Assembly (NCBI GenBank): GCA_051362555.1
Contig: CM120642.1
Span: 17,670,001-17,734,000 of the forward strand
DNA length: 64,000 nucleotides
Direction: 5' to 3'
Source: Lingula anatina
Lineage: Eukaryota > Animalia > Brachiopoda
The notes under the pieces: generated by a model
The model's database searches: none
The model's input: the letters and a program-made list of their open reading frames with translations, nothing else
What the model was told of the DNA's origin: nothing
Shown: positions 52,413 through 64,000 of the stretch, piece by piece
How the letters are laid out: each line of letters starts with the position of its first letter
How positions within the stretch are numbered: position 1 is the first letter of the stretch
Translations under genes and position numbers: made by a program

Positions 52413-53195
52413 CTGAAAGAAAGAAAGGTACTTGTGTCTTATACATTGCGGCCATAATATGTGTGGGCGGTTTTCCAGAAAAGTCTTTTGTTCTGTTTTG
52501 TTTCAGAATTTTAGAGCAGCTTTACAAGCCGGTGTAACGAAACTGAGATGACCATGTAACAGTGAGTCCGCCCTCCTTTCAGTTATAATACACTGGTCAA
52601 CTGGGGGTCGTGTCTTTTGCTAATTTCATTATTTTCAAAGTAAAAGGAAGAAAAAAGATCAAATTGAAAAAGAACATAAGTGCCGCAAAGAACACTTCAG
52701 AGGAGCACTGCCTTAACACGCGTTTACATTAAAAACACTTTATGCCAACCAGCAGTAAAATGTCTCATGTCAGCAAGAAACCGGATGCAAAATTTCCCTA
52801 GAAGTGTTTATAGCCACCCTTGAAAGTTTGTGAAAATCTTATTATATGTTTCATGGTTATGGTCAGCTATTATATAATTGGTTATTGCTCAACTGTTTTA
52901 AATTGCATAGCTTTAACATATGTTTCTTTTATTATCAACTTCCCTTAATAAGGACGAATGACTTTGCTGGAAATCGTCACGCTCCCTCCCTTATCTAATC
53001 TATTCCAGTTATACTTAAAGACTTAATTCAACTAAGTATATATTTTAATATAAAAAACACAAAAGCGTCACTTTGTTTCTCAATAAAAAACAAATGTGCA
53101 GCTTGGTTTTTATCCAACTCAAAATATAAACAAATATTCTGCCACTTTTTGATAAGGGTGGCGATCTTACTCTACTACTCAAATAGGAATTTCTT

Positions 53196-53804
53196 CCAAG
53201 GGTCTCCTAGTTTAATGACACCTGTTGAAAAGCGTCAAGAAACACTTGATAATCTTTATTTTGCAAATGCGACTGAGCAAGCCTGCAACCTTGTGAACAG
53301 TCATAAGTGAACAGTCAAAAGTAATAAGTAAAGATGGAAAAATGATGTGTGTGTCAAATACCCACCATGAAGGTGCATATAACTTTCATAGTCTGTTGAA
53401 GAAACTTTGCTTTCAAAAATGATAAATTGCTTTTTTGTATGCATCTGTCATACAGTTTTTGCACAATTGTATACATAAACAGAGTTTGTAACTACGACAA
53501 CGTCTGTTTGAGACAGATCTTCCTATTTCAAAGCCATTAAGTTTTGATAATTATTCCCTGGGACATTAGATGCACATTTGATAAATTGCTGTGCGAAATG
53601 TATCAGTTTGGCCAATAAAAAATTTACAACTTCCGCGACGCCGAGGGGAAGCACATTACTTTTTGCCAGTTTTAAAACTGTCCATATGGTTGCACGCTCG
53701 CTCAGTTGCATAAGCTAAATTAAGGCAACAAAGTTAAATGAAACAGATTATCAAGTATTTCTACACGCATTTCAGCAAGTGTCATTGAACTAAGAGACCC
53801 TTAG
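53196..53804. mobile_element. MITE with long TIRs (duplicate of 43759-44369)
   Basis: Same termini and flanks as 43759-44369. Confidence 0.85.
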
Positions 53805-53888
53805 CAATTTGCACTCTGGCCTCTCAAGTCGTCGCTTTTAGAGACCGGTAAATTTGTCAACAGTGGAGTTGATATACATATCCATATA

Positions 53889-55437
53889 CAGACTTGACAT
53901 TTAATATGGACTATTTTTCCAAATCATATTTTATCAGTTATTTTTCCTATTTTGCTGACTGATAAATGAAAATAAGGATTAAAATCGTGTTTTAATAACG
54001 TCTGATAATCTATTCGATGTCATTGTGACATCAGTTCATTTATTGAATTCGCCAGTGAAGCATACAAAAATACACTGCCTATTTTAAATCATACGACAAC
54101 CATTGAAAGCGATATTTTGGATCTCTATATTTTCCTAATTATTGTCTTTGAAAGAGTTACACGTCCCACAAAGGCACCCCACGTCAGTGTCTAGTCACAG
54201 CAATAGTCGCTGTTACGCTTGACCTCATTTTGCTGCTACCAGAAGTTTCAAGCCGCAAGGTATTCCTTATGATAGGTTTTGGGAGTTTAATCTGAAATAA
54301 AATTCCAGGCAACGGTTAAAGCCTGTCCAATTTGGCTCAGTTTTGTTGAGGACATGTAGGACATGCAGGCCGTTGATTCGGCGAGTAATGACCTACCAAC
54401 ATATCATCTTTGTGTCTTTGTGGCGATTTTGATGACCAAGGTAGCTACTCATTCGCTTGGTTCAGTAAGTTATCTGCTATTAAAAGTGCTCTGTGTGAAA
54501 CGGCAATCTCATCTTGCAACCTAAAATTGTTCCTAAGGTGCCCCCTATCAAATGACAGTCAAATGGTTCCAAGATTATTCCTTTATTTGATCTGGTTTAG
54601 GTTTTCATCGATGACTACCATTGGTGTTTTGGCACCAATGTGGTATCCACTCCAAATACTCACGCTATTAATGACCTTAGTCACTTTAGAAGTGCCACAC
54701 GCTGCTTCGTAGGCCTCTTCAGGATGTCTGTAAACTCTGTTTTGACCAGTTTAGCGGTACAGGTGAAGTCTGACCCCAATAAAGAAAGACGCGCGGTTTC
54801 AGTGTGCTACCCAGAAACGGTAATGGTCCCCAATTCATTAGAGAAACAGACTACGCTGCTTTGCTGTTTACAGTGGCTTCCTCAGAGGACACCTGGTATC
54901 TTAACCTACTGAAACCAGTTTGTTGTTCGCTAAGAGCCTTGAAAAACGCGTTTTGGTGACAATTTGCCCCTCATTCAAAACGGACTGGGTGGTTTTGGTT
55001 TAATTGTAGTAGCACATCCTAAAGGACAGTGAGTCCTGTACCCTGGTGGTAACACATCGATGCATTGGGCATGGTCTCTGTGTATAGGTACATCAGTCTG
55101 GGCATTACTCTTTAAAACTGTGTAGACCATTCCGTTTGACACAATAACCTTCTGGCAATGTCTGTGCTTTTCACGCCATTCTGGCACAGCTTAACACTTT
55201 TGTAAAACACTGCATAACTCATTTTACGCACTGCAAAACCGACCGCTTGCATGCAAAATATTACACAAGGCAACAGTGCAACAGACTTGGCAGTCAGTTT
55301 ATTGGCAGCGACACACCTGATTACACATTCCCCCAGTCAGATGTCTTATATGAGGTCTGAATTTCTTGAAAAAAGAACGCATTTTTACCTAGGTATACCT
55401 TTAAAACTGAAATATTCCATATTAAATGTCAAGTCTG
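53889..55437 (-). mobile_element. Degenerate Tc1-like DNA transposon (1549 bp)
   Basis: Perfect 22-bp TIR CAGACTTGACATTTAATATGGA, TA duplication, empty site at ~44450. HTH relic NGVKSTDIARRL..SNGMVYTVLK on the minus strand. Confidence 0.85.
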
Positions 55438-57367
55438 TATTTGTCCATAACTGTTATGGTGTTTAATTCCATTAGCAAATGTAATTGTTACCGCAGTCTT
55501 AAATAAGCATTGCGTTTTTGCCACACGCAAAGGTTACTCCAAGGCCCCGTAACTCGAAAGCATCGCACATTGCAACCGAGCGCAAGCATCTCGATTTCAT
55601 ACCTCGCCCATACTCGCCCCATATAATAACCTCGAAATTAAAGGTGGTATCGCTATATTCGCAATTCGCGATGCTGTTCAATTACGGAGTCCTGGTTATT
55701 TTTCGTGACACTCTGATTGTGCACTCAGGTTCTACATTTAAGCGGCTGGGCATATTATGTCATCAGCGGCGATGGTAACATAATTCCAAATATTTCTCCA
55801 TAAGTGTAATAATTTGTCAATTCATCCGTAAATTTAATTGTTTCAGCAATCTAAATAAGCATTGTGTTTTTGGCACACGCAAAGGTAACTCCAGGCACGG
55901 ACAGACAGCATTTATAAAGTATATAAGTTTCTTTTGTGCCATATCCTAAGCAATAACAAATATGGGGGACGAATGCAAACAGTGGGTTCTACACACACTG
56001 GACAATAGAAGTGTCACCCCCTAATTCAGAGTAATAAAAGTAGGCAGATCTTGGTTAGTAATAATGCCTGGTCTACTCATAATGTGACAAATTAGTATAA
56101 AACCGCTATACCATGGAATTGTATTGTTGGTTTGTACATGTACATCAAATGCTATTCCTGTCTTCCTCCAATATGGCAAGATACACGCAATTATCTAACG
56201 GTTATAGGCGTCAAGTTATTAACCTGAAGAGGCGGAATATAAGCAATGTCAGAATATCGATATAATTGAATTATTCAGTCAGAATCGTGCAGGGGGTCTG
56301 GTCTCTTATGGGTCGTCCGAGAAAAACTACTGGCCGTGAAGACCGACGACTGATTTTGATGTCCAGGTTGTCAAAGTTCAACATTGCTTGTCAGTTGGCA
56401 GCACAGTGGAACAATTTCACACATGAGAATGTGTCTGTAAATTGCTAGGCGTCGGTTACATGCTCAGAGAGGGTACAGCAGGGTAGCAAGACTGAAACAT
56501 CTTATATCGTTACAAAACAGGCAACTTAGAGTGAACTAGGGTCAATAGGATCTGGAACTGGACAGTCCATGACAATTGGTCCTATATATTTTTTCTGATA
56601 ATTGTCGCTTTGGTCTGACCTCTGATGACAGACGGGTACGATGCTGGCGAACTGCTGGTAAAGCATTTGAACCACATGCACTGAATTTTCGAACCCAGAG
56701 CAGCATATTTATCATGGTGTGGGGCTGCATCAGCATCCATGGCGTGGGCAAATTGATAGTGGTTGATGGAAACATGAATCACTAGAAATATATCGCTGTT
56801 TTGGAGTCAGGCTTGCTACCATCTATTACTAACATGTTTGGTGACAGGAATTATTCATTTGTTCACCAGGATATATGTCACAGGCCCAGAGCAGTTGATG
56901 ATTGGTTTGACCAACAGGACATTTGCAGGGTGATGTGGCCTGCCCAGAGTCCGGATGCAAACATAATAGAAAATGTGTGGAATGATATGTCAAAACTTTT
57001 GACAAATGCCCGTCTAACCAGCAGAGAAATTCTGTTATATTCATGCTTGGGCCAGCATAAGCCCTGTACGCAATCAGACAATTATATGAATCCCTGCCTC
57101 GTAGACTGGCACCTATAGGTCACGTGGCTATGCCACTAAGAACTAATTTTGGACTTGAAACTGCATATTTTGGTAGAATGTACATTTTTTTTTAACTTAG
57201 GTAATGTTAATTACAGAATACAATAATTCTTTTTTATCTCACACTTACTTCTCTCTCTTACACACACATACACACACACACACACACACACAGACACTTA
57301 TAACTACTACTGATGGCTCATCATTTTCATTAGTAAATAAGATATTGATAAGCACATCATTTTTTCT

Positions 57368-60300
57368 CTAACACAGATAGCATTCGATGTCCCTAAAGGA
57401 CAGGTGTCCCTCATTTTTTGATTTACTGTAAATGTAATATTTTACCTGGGAAATCAATGAATTCAATTTCTCATCATTATTTCCGAGGATAATATCCGAT
57501 GCAGAAATATGAATATTGGCTCCCTTTTCTTCCCTAAACCAGTTTTCGATTTGCTTCCACAAATTTTTTGCGAGATTACAATCTATGAATAGATGTTCAA
57601 TTGTTTCCATCCTTGTGCTACATAAATTACAATGAGGATTATCCGCTATTTTATATTTGAACAGTAAGTATTTTGGTTTTAAGAATACGACCTTGTTTTC
57701 AATTAAAATATGCGGATTATACCACAATGGAGCATCCAGAAAATCTTGTGGCTCATTTTCCTGTATTGCTCTAGCATACCGTGAGTAATATGAAAATAAT
57801 TCTTTCCAGAATAAATTTGTCGTGGTTTCCCCGCATTGTTTTGCATATACAGGGTACAGATCCAAACTGACAGAGCGACGTCGTGTCGCAACTTGTAATT
57901 TCGGTAAAGATCCTTCCGTATTGGTTAGTATTCGATAGTAATCTGCGAATCCAAGTTAATTTTATGGCTTTAATATATGATTCCAAATGCACCATTCTAC
58001 AGCCCCCATTTTCGAAGTCTTGAATAATTGTCTTTCTTGATACCCTATCATTTTTCCCATGCCAAATGAATTTGAAAAGAATAGAGTTTAACTCTTTTAT
58101 CCATTGGGCACTGGGACCTGGTAATGACATAAACAAATGGGTAAACTTTGGTATCAGTAGTGATTTAACCACCGTTATTTTTCCCAGGGTGGACAGATAC
58201 CTTTTTGACCAGTTATTAATCTCTTTTTTTGATGACAGCCAACTTAATGTTATAATTTCGTTCTTCTATACAATCAAGTTCAGCTGTAAAGGTAAAACCT
58301 AGAACAGATACAGGCTCATTTTTCCAGTCTAATTTTTCGTTCCTACACAGAACTTCCTTGCTATTCATTTTTGAGCCAATCCATACTGCTTTTGTTTTAG
58401 AAATATTTGGTTTCAACCCAGAATATTTGGAAAACTGGAACAAAAGGTCTAGAGCACTTTTTAGCGATTTCTCTGAGCCGTCTAAAAAAACCACTGTATC
58501 ATCGGCATATTGTAATAATTTTATCTCTTCTCTTGCTATACCAATTCCTCTAATGTTTTTTTCCTGTCTTATAAGAATACCAATTATTTCTGCGCATAAA
58601 TTAAATATATATGGGGATGCAGGGTCACCCTGTCGACACCCTCTGCCTATTTTGAAAAAACGGGAAAATAGCCCATTCTGTATGACGCACAGTTCTGCAT
58701 TTTTGTAAAGGGTTTTTATCCACCTAATAAGGTCATTTCCAAAATTGAAGAATTCTAATGTTTTGTAAATAAAAGACCAGGATATGCTATCAAAAGCTTT
58801 TTGGAAATCAATAAGTAAAATAATACCTGGGATTTCTTTGACTTTTGTATAGTGCAGAACATCATACAGAATTCTTATGTTCTCTCCTATATACCTCCCC
58901 TTTAAAAAGCCCTTCTGATTTTCGTGAATTAAAAATTCCATAACAGATTTTAACCTATTAGCAATACACGAGGAAAGAATTTTATAACTATTATTTAACA
59001 GGGAGATCGCCACCAGTTGGTCAGAAATTCTCTTGGTTTGTCACCTTTCGGTAGTATAGTGATGACCCCCTGCACCTGGGTGGTGGACAATTGGCCCTTC
59101 ATAAAACCATAATTTAGGGCACGTACTAGGAAATCTCCGACATCTTGCCAAAAAAAATTAAAGAATTCAATTGTATATCCATCCGGGCCAGGAGATTTAT
59201 TGTTTTTCATGCCTTTAAGCGCCAAAAGAGCTTCTTGACTGGTAATTTTACCTTCCAGTTTATCTGACAGATTTTTTTCAAGTATGTTAACTTTTTCCTT
59301 ATCTATTATTCTATGCAAGTCAACGTCCTCTATGGTGTCGTCATGACAAGCGTACAGTTCACGATAGAATTTTTCTATTTCTGTAAGAATAAGGTCTTGT
59401 TTAGTCAAGATGTCTCCATTTTCGCATACCAGATTTTTTACCATTTTATTAGTAAAATTTCTTTTTTCTAGGCTGAGAAAGTACTTAGTAGGTTTTTCAC
59501 CCTCTTCTACCCATTTTATTCTAGCTCTGGCGATAACCCCCTGAATATATTATTTTCTCAAATTTTCCTCTTCTTGTTTTAGTGCCCTTAGTTGTTCATC
59601 TAACGATGCAGAATAATAAGAACTAATTTCAGTTTGTAATTCAGATATTTTTGATTGAATTTCTGTCAATTTGCATTTATTTTCTTTCTTTTTTGCACTA
59701 GCATATGGAATAGAGAATCCTCTAATTTGCAACAATAGCAGTTCAAAAAATGTTTGATCATCTACTTGGAGTTCCAATTCATCATTTTTAATCAGGTGTA
59801 TTTTTTGCCTATCGTACGGTGAAGCGGCGTATTGTATTTTTAGATCCTTAATTGTTGTCTTTACCCCGTCAACATAATCATACTGTTTCAGCAGCGAATT
59901 GTTGAGTTTCCAAAAAACCCTCCCCCTTTTTTGCTCAGATATGATAAGTTTAATTACGACCATTGAGTGATCTGTTCGGTAACCCGGTGTCATTTCGGTT
60001 GTGTCTACCATTGACATAATTTCGCTGGAAATTAAGAAAAAATCTAGTCTGGCCCTTTTTACTGGGTTATTCGAAAACCAGGAAAATTCTTTTTTATTAT
60101 TGTGTTGAATTCTCCATGGGTCTACTAAGTTTAACTCAGATTTTAACTGCAATATCTTTTTTCTCGCCTTCGGGTTATTTATCGTTTTATAATTATAGTA
60201 ATCTAATTCTGGCTTCTGAACCAAATTAAAGTCCCCGGCAAGAATAATGAAATCGCCTTGAAATTCTCTTAAATTTTTACCGATGCTCTCAAAGAAAGCC

Positions 60301-60651
60301 GGAGTCTCTATTTGGCCCATAAACATTTACTAGTAAAAAAGTATATTTATTTTCTATCAGAACTTCTAGGATAACGTAGTTTCCGCGGTCGTCATTATTT
60401 TCTTTAAGGACTTTAAATTCGAAGTTGTTATTAAATAGAATTGATGTTCCTCTCGAGTTTGAGGAACCTGGACAGGAGAAAGTTTCGTAGCCCCAGAGAG
60501 AACGAATTATACTGTTATCTTTTTTTGTGAAATGTGTATCTTGAATAAAATAAATAGAGAATTGTTTTCGTTTTAAGTAATTCAAGACATCTCTCCTTTT
60601 TTGCATCCCCCCTAGGCCTCTACAGTTCATGCTCAGGATTTGAATACTCAT
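57368..60651 (-). pseudogene. LINE ORF2: APE endonuclease + reverse transcriptase + C-terminal Cys/His finger, with frameshifts and a stop
   Basis: SMNCRGL, IQDTH, VNVYGPN, AGDFN, RLDFF, TDH; KSPGPDG, IDFQKAFD, GCRQGDP, QYADD; CNLC..ETIEHLFIDC. Confidence 0.92.
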
Positions 60652-61359
60652 TTCAGATTTGTTATGCTAACAAAATTACTATTATACATTTTCCTATTTC
60701 TGCATTGGACTTCGGAGGAAACTTAAGATGATATATATGTAGTTATGTAGATACATAGATGAGAAAATACCAAGCTGAAAATATCTTAACTCAGACTGGA
60801 GCCACACACACACCAAGACTTACATACATGCTCTTCTCCCACACAGACAACATCGATCACGCTCTCATTCACACTTCCTATTTCTATAGTCATAAGTAGC
60901 TGGTCTTTCCTCAGGTATTCACACACATCATCCACGGATTCACTGACAAAAGATTTCCACACTGATGCGCTGAGAACAACTGATGCGCGGAGAAATAATA
61001 TACATGAATAGAATTCCATAATTGTGTGCTCTTGTGCCAAGCATAATAATACCATTTCGGCAAACATTCAGTCTATGTGATTAGACGTAAAGCGCACCTT
61101 TTCTCTGTGTTTGTCGTGGATGTAGAAAACATTACATTAGCAATAAAGATAATACTAAATTTAATTGGAAACAAAACAGAGTTCCTTATTTACATCCTAT
61201 AGGCCTAATCACAACTTTTTACATGTATGATTTCTATGTATTAAATCTACAGAGAACCTAAATAATTATTTACTTTTTTGCACTATTCTGTACAAATCAA
61301 GAAATGAAATTTATCGTTTCAATCGATTTTACTTGCACCAACATTATAGAGTTAAGGTT

Positions 61360-62292
61360 TTAGTGGCGAATTTTTGTTCCAATATCGTCCCCGATGTCAA
61401 ATTTTTTCTTGCCTTCCTTGCCGTTAATCTTGGCATATATGCTGCCATTGAAATACCACGCACTTTCGCATTCTGGATGGTAATTCAGCAATTTAAGTAG
61501 TTCCTTATTTTCTTTTGTAACATCGTCTGCTAGCCTCAGGGCACTGTCGGACCTTTTTAGCTCACCCCTTTTGCGCATGATACGGGATTTTATCTCTGTG
61601 TTTTTTAACTTTAAGATGATCGGCCTGGGTTCCCCTGCTTTGCCGGGAATCCTGTGCACCGCCACAATATCATCGCCTTTCACCTCTTCCTGTATCTTCT
61701 CTTTTAATGTTTTAGTTACTAGGGCAGAAGTTGTCTGATCGCCCGATTCAGACTCCGGGATGCCATATATTTTTACATTGTTTTTTCGGCTGTATTGTTC
61801 GTTATGGTTGGCTTTTATCATTGCCGACGAAGCTACCTTGGCAGCCTCTTTCATTGCTCTGTTCATTTTGTCGATACGTTGGTCATTTTCTCGTAATGTT
61901 TGTCTCAAATTATGATTCTCCAGCTCTAGCCCGTCAACTTTGTCTTGTAAAACTCCTATTTTCCTTTTATTTTCCTCATTTTCTGTTTTACTACTTTCTC
62001 TGATTTCATCAATTTTTATTTCCAGGTCCTGTAACTTCGCATTCATTTCTTTGACTGTTTCGCTCACAACTGTTTTGATAATTTCACTAAGGTCCTCCTT
62101 CTTAACGGTTTGCTTTATTTCATATTCAATCTCCTCCAGTTTCGTCATGAGGGATACCGATTCATCACCGCTGACAAAAGAGAGTTCACCGCTGGTGTTT
62201 GAGATTTCACAATGTGGCCTTTTGGGTGCCTGCATAATTTCAGGGGAGTCATTGCGTTCTATTATTTCTTCCTTGCTATTTTCATTGGACAT
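61360..62292 (-). CDS. LINE ORF1 protein (coiled coil + L1-type RRM/CTD), intact 310 aa
   Basis: Heptad-rich N-terminal half, then EQYSRKNNVKIYGIPE, AVHRI, PRPIILKL and LADDVT. Confidence 0.85.
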   Translation of the reverse strand: MSNENSKEEIIERNDSPEIMQAPKRPHCEISNTSGELSFVSGDESVSLMTKLEEIEYEIKQTVKKEDLSEIIKTVVSETVKEMNAKLQDLEIKIDEIRESSKTENEENKRKIGVLQDKVDGLELENHNLRQTLRENDQRIDKMNRAMKEAAKVASSAMIKANHNEQYSRKNNVKIYGIPESESGDQTTSALVTKTLKEKIQEEVKGDDIVAVHRIPGKAGEPRPIILKLKNTEIKSRIMRKRGELKRSDSALRLADDVTKENKELLKLLNYHPECESAWYFNGSIYAKINGKEGKKKFDIGDDIGTKIRH

Positions 62293-63852
62293 TTTTGCCC
62301 CCTTTGTTTGCTTAGACTCTTAAGTATTTGCACTGAAATATTTTGACTTTGTCCCCCGAGTACTCATAGTCACTGTTCTCTACTATATACGGGGATGAAA
62401 AGGATAGGAGAGGTGCTTATTGCCCTTATTATTGGCCTAATTTGACCATGCATGGATTCGCAGTCTAAATATGGGGTGTGTTCATTGATACATGTAGCTC
62501 TTTATATGTCAGTGCATAGTTCAGTACGTTGACAATTGTTCAGGTCCACGTAAGCATATATACTTCTACGTGTATATGCTATAGGCCTAAATGTATTTTT
62601 CAAAGGATATGAAATTTTTCAGAGTTTTAGCAATTTTAAGCACGCGGTGTATCTGTTGCATTCACTGTCCGGAATGTTCGATGCAATCCTTTTGTAACTG
62701 AATATTTTATAAGTTCTTAGTAACACTCACCTCCCTCGTATCGTGGCGTCCCGATCAACGGGTAAAGAAAAAACTTTCAAAAGGACCCACGCAGAAAACT
62801 TTGATTCATAAACTCTTTCTCAGCTTCTTCTTCCACAGTTCATAGTGCATTTATAAAAAAATCGGTGGCAAAGTATACAGACTTTCTGCCTGTTGCCGAT
62901 GGTTTTTCTCAGAGCTCACGCACAGTCCTCATCACACACCGCTATCTTGTTCTCTCTCTCCTTTTTTTTTTTTTTTTTTTTTTTGTGAAATTTGATGTTA
63001 ATAAAATGATACCAAGAGAATATCATTACACTGTCATTTATCTCCCTCATAGTATTGGTTCAGTAGGGGTGACACTTCTATTGTCCAGAATGTGTATTAT
63101 AGCGAGACGAATAGTATAGAAATGTTTCCAATATATCACTTACATGGGTGGTAAATATTTTATGGGTGGATGGGAACCCATTGATCAACTGGTATACTCT
63201 ACCAAATGATGCTCAGCAACTAATTACTGCAATGCATATCTGGAAACAGGCAAAACACTTGGTCAAATCTTGGTAAACGTTAAAAAACTCCCTAAGCTCT
63301 GTAAGAATTTATCAAACACTTAGCGTTCCATATTTTTAATTAGCTATTTTAGTATTACTATATCACTTTTCAACTCAGTGTTCATGTAGACACCTAAATG
63401 CTTTAACTTATCAACCCATCGTACCAAAATTTCATTAATGAAATTTGGTGACTTGATTTTTTTTCTAAAGTCTGCTAGTAACTGCTTCTGTTCTACATGT
63501 AGCATTCTTTAACATCATACCAAGACAAATGACTGTTGAACTTTACTTCTTAATCAGATTAATTAACATGCCTACTTTACCTCTTTTAATAATTTATACA
63601 GTGTGTTATCTTTTAAACCCCTTCAAGTTCCCCACTCTAACGGTCTATGAGGAAAACGAAGAAAATCGGAAAACAATGGTGTCTATGGACGCTCGTGATA
63701 TCTCGATATCACGATCCCTAAATTTCATCACAAATGACTACAGTGCCACGTCTATCCTGACCGACTGAAAAACAACCATATATTAGATATTTGAGTTTAT
63801 TTGTTTCATATCATGTCAGCAGTCTGGCGCTATCACACTTGTAAACAGTTAA

Positions 63853-64000
63853 GCCAAGGTCCCAACTACGTTTTGGACGCACGGTTTTTAGGCTCCTTGC
63901 GTCCAGCCAGGACGTAGCTAGATCGCACGTAGCAGCTGTTGATCATGTCAAAAAGTGTCTACGTGCTGCTGCGTCCTCCAAAAGTAGCACGATGGACGTG
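63853..64000. mobile_element. Start of another insertion running off the window (possibly PIF/Harbinger-like)
   Basis: Homology to ~45740 stops abruptly at TAA|GCCAAGGTCCCAACTACG; only one end is visible. Confidence 0.35.

Larger units (their letters stand above)
57185..62961 (-). mobile_element. Full-length L1/Tx1-clade non-LTR retrotransposon (ORF2 disrupted)
   Basis: 5'UTR, ORF1, spacer, APE-RT-CCHC ORF2 and a 3'UTR with (TG)n. T-runs flank both ends. Confidence 0.9.
55992..63094 (+). mobile_element. Tc1-like transposon (transposase relic ~56173-57146) interrupted by a LINE
   Basis: TIRs CACA..CTGGACAATAGAAGTGTCACCCC with TA flanks. Motifs GRPRKTT, IFSD, MVWGCIS, VHQD and WPAQSPDANIIENVW. 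Paralogous empty site at ~44995. Confidence 0.9.
33300..63850. repeat. Tandem segmental duplication, unit ~9.4 kb excluding insertions (33.3-45 kb versus 45-56 kb plus 63.1-63.85 kb)
   Basis: Paralogous ORFs are offset by ~11.88 kb before, and 9.42 kb after, the 2.45-kb TTAA insertion. Confidence 0.9.

Overview
AT-rich animal (invertebrate-like, spliceosomal introns) genomic DNA, not prokaryotic. The backbone is a minus-strand tandem array of 3-exon secreted pentraxin genes. Each gene has exon 1 (signal peptide plus a degenerate PAN/apple-like domain) and exons 2-3 (pentraxin domain). Copies alternate between two paralog types: type A at 5.2-6.8, 34.5-36.1 and 46.4-48.0 kb, and type B/C at <1-2.5, 27.6-32.0, 39.8-43.0 and 51.6-52.4 kb. 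Four copies splice into intact ORFs and three appear disabled. The array is interrupted at ~9.3-27.4 kb by unrelated sequence: an EGF-repeat pseudo-exon, an EnSpm-like relic, a near-complete DIRS1-type tyrosine-recombinase retrotransposon (ITRs, ICR, gag, RT/RNaseH/MT, YR) and a NAT8/camello-like GNAT gene. Many copy-specific insertions (Tc1/mariner, Kolobok-like TTAA elements, a solo LTR, and a full-length L1/Tx1 LINE nested in a Tc1) can be confirmed against empty sites in paralogous repeats. All family calls come from motif recognition by eye; no database searches were run.
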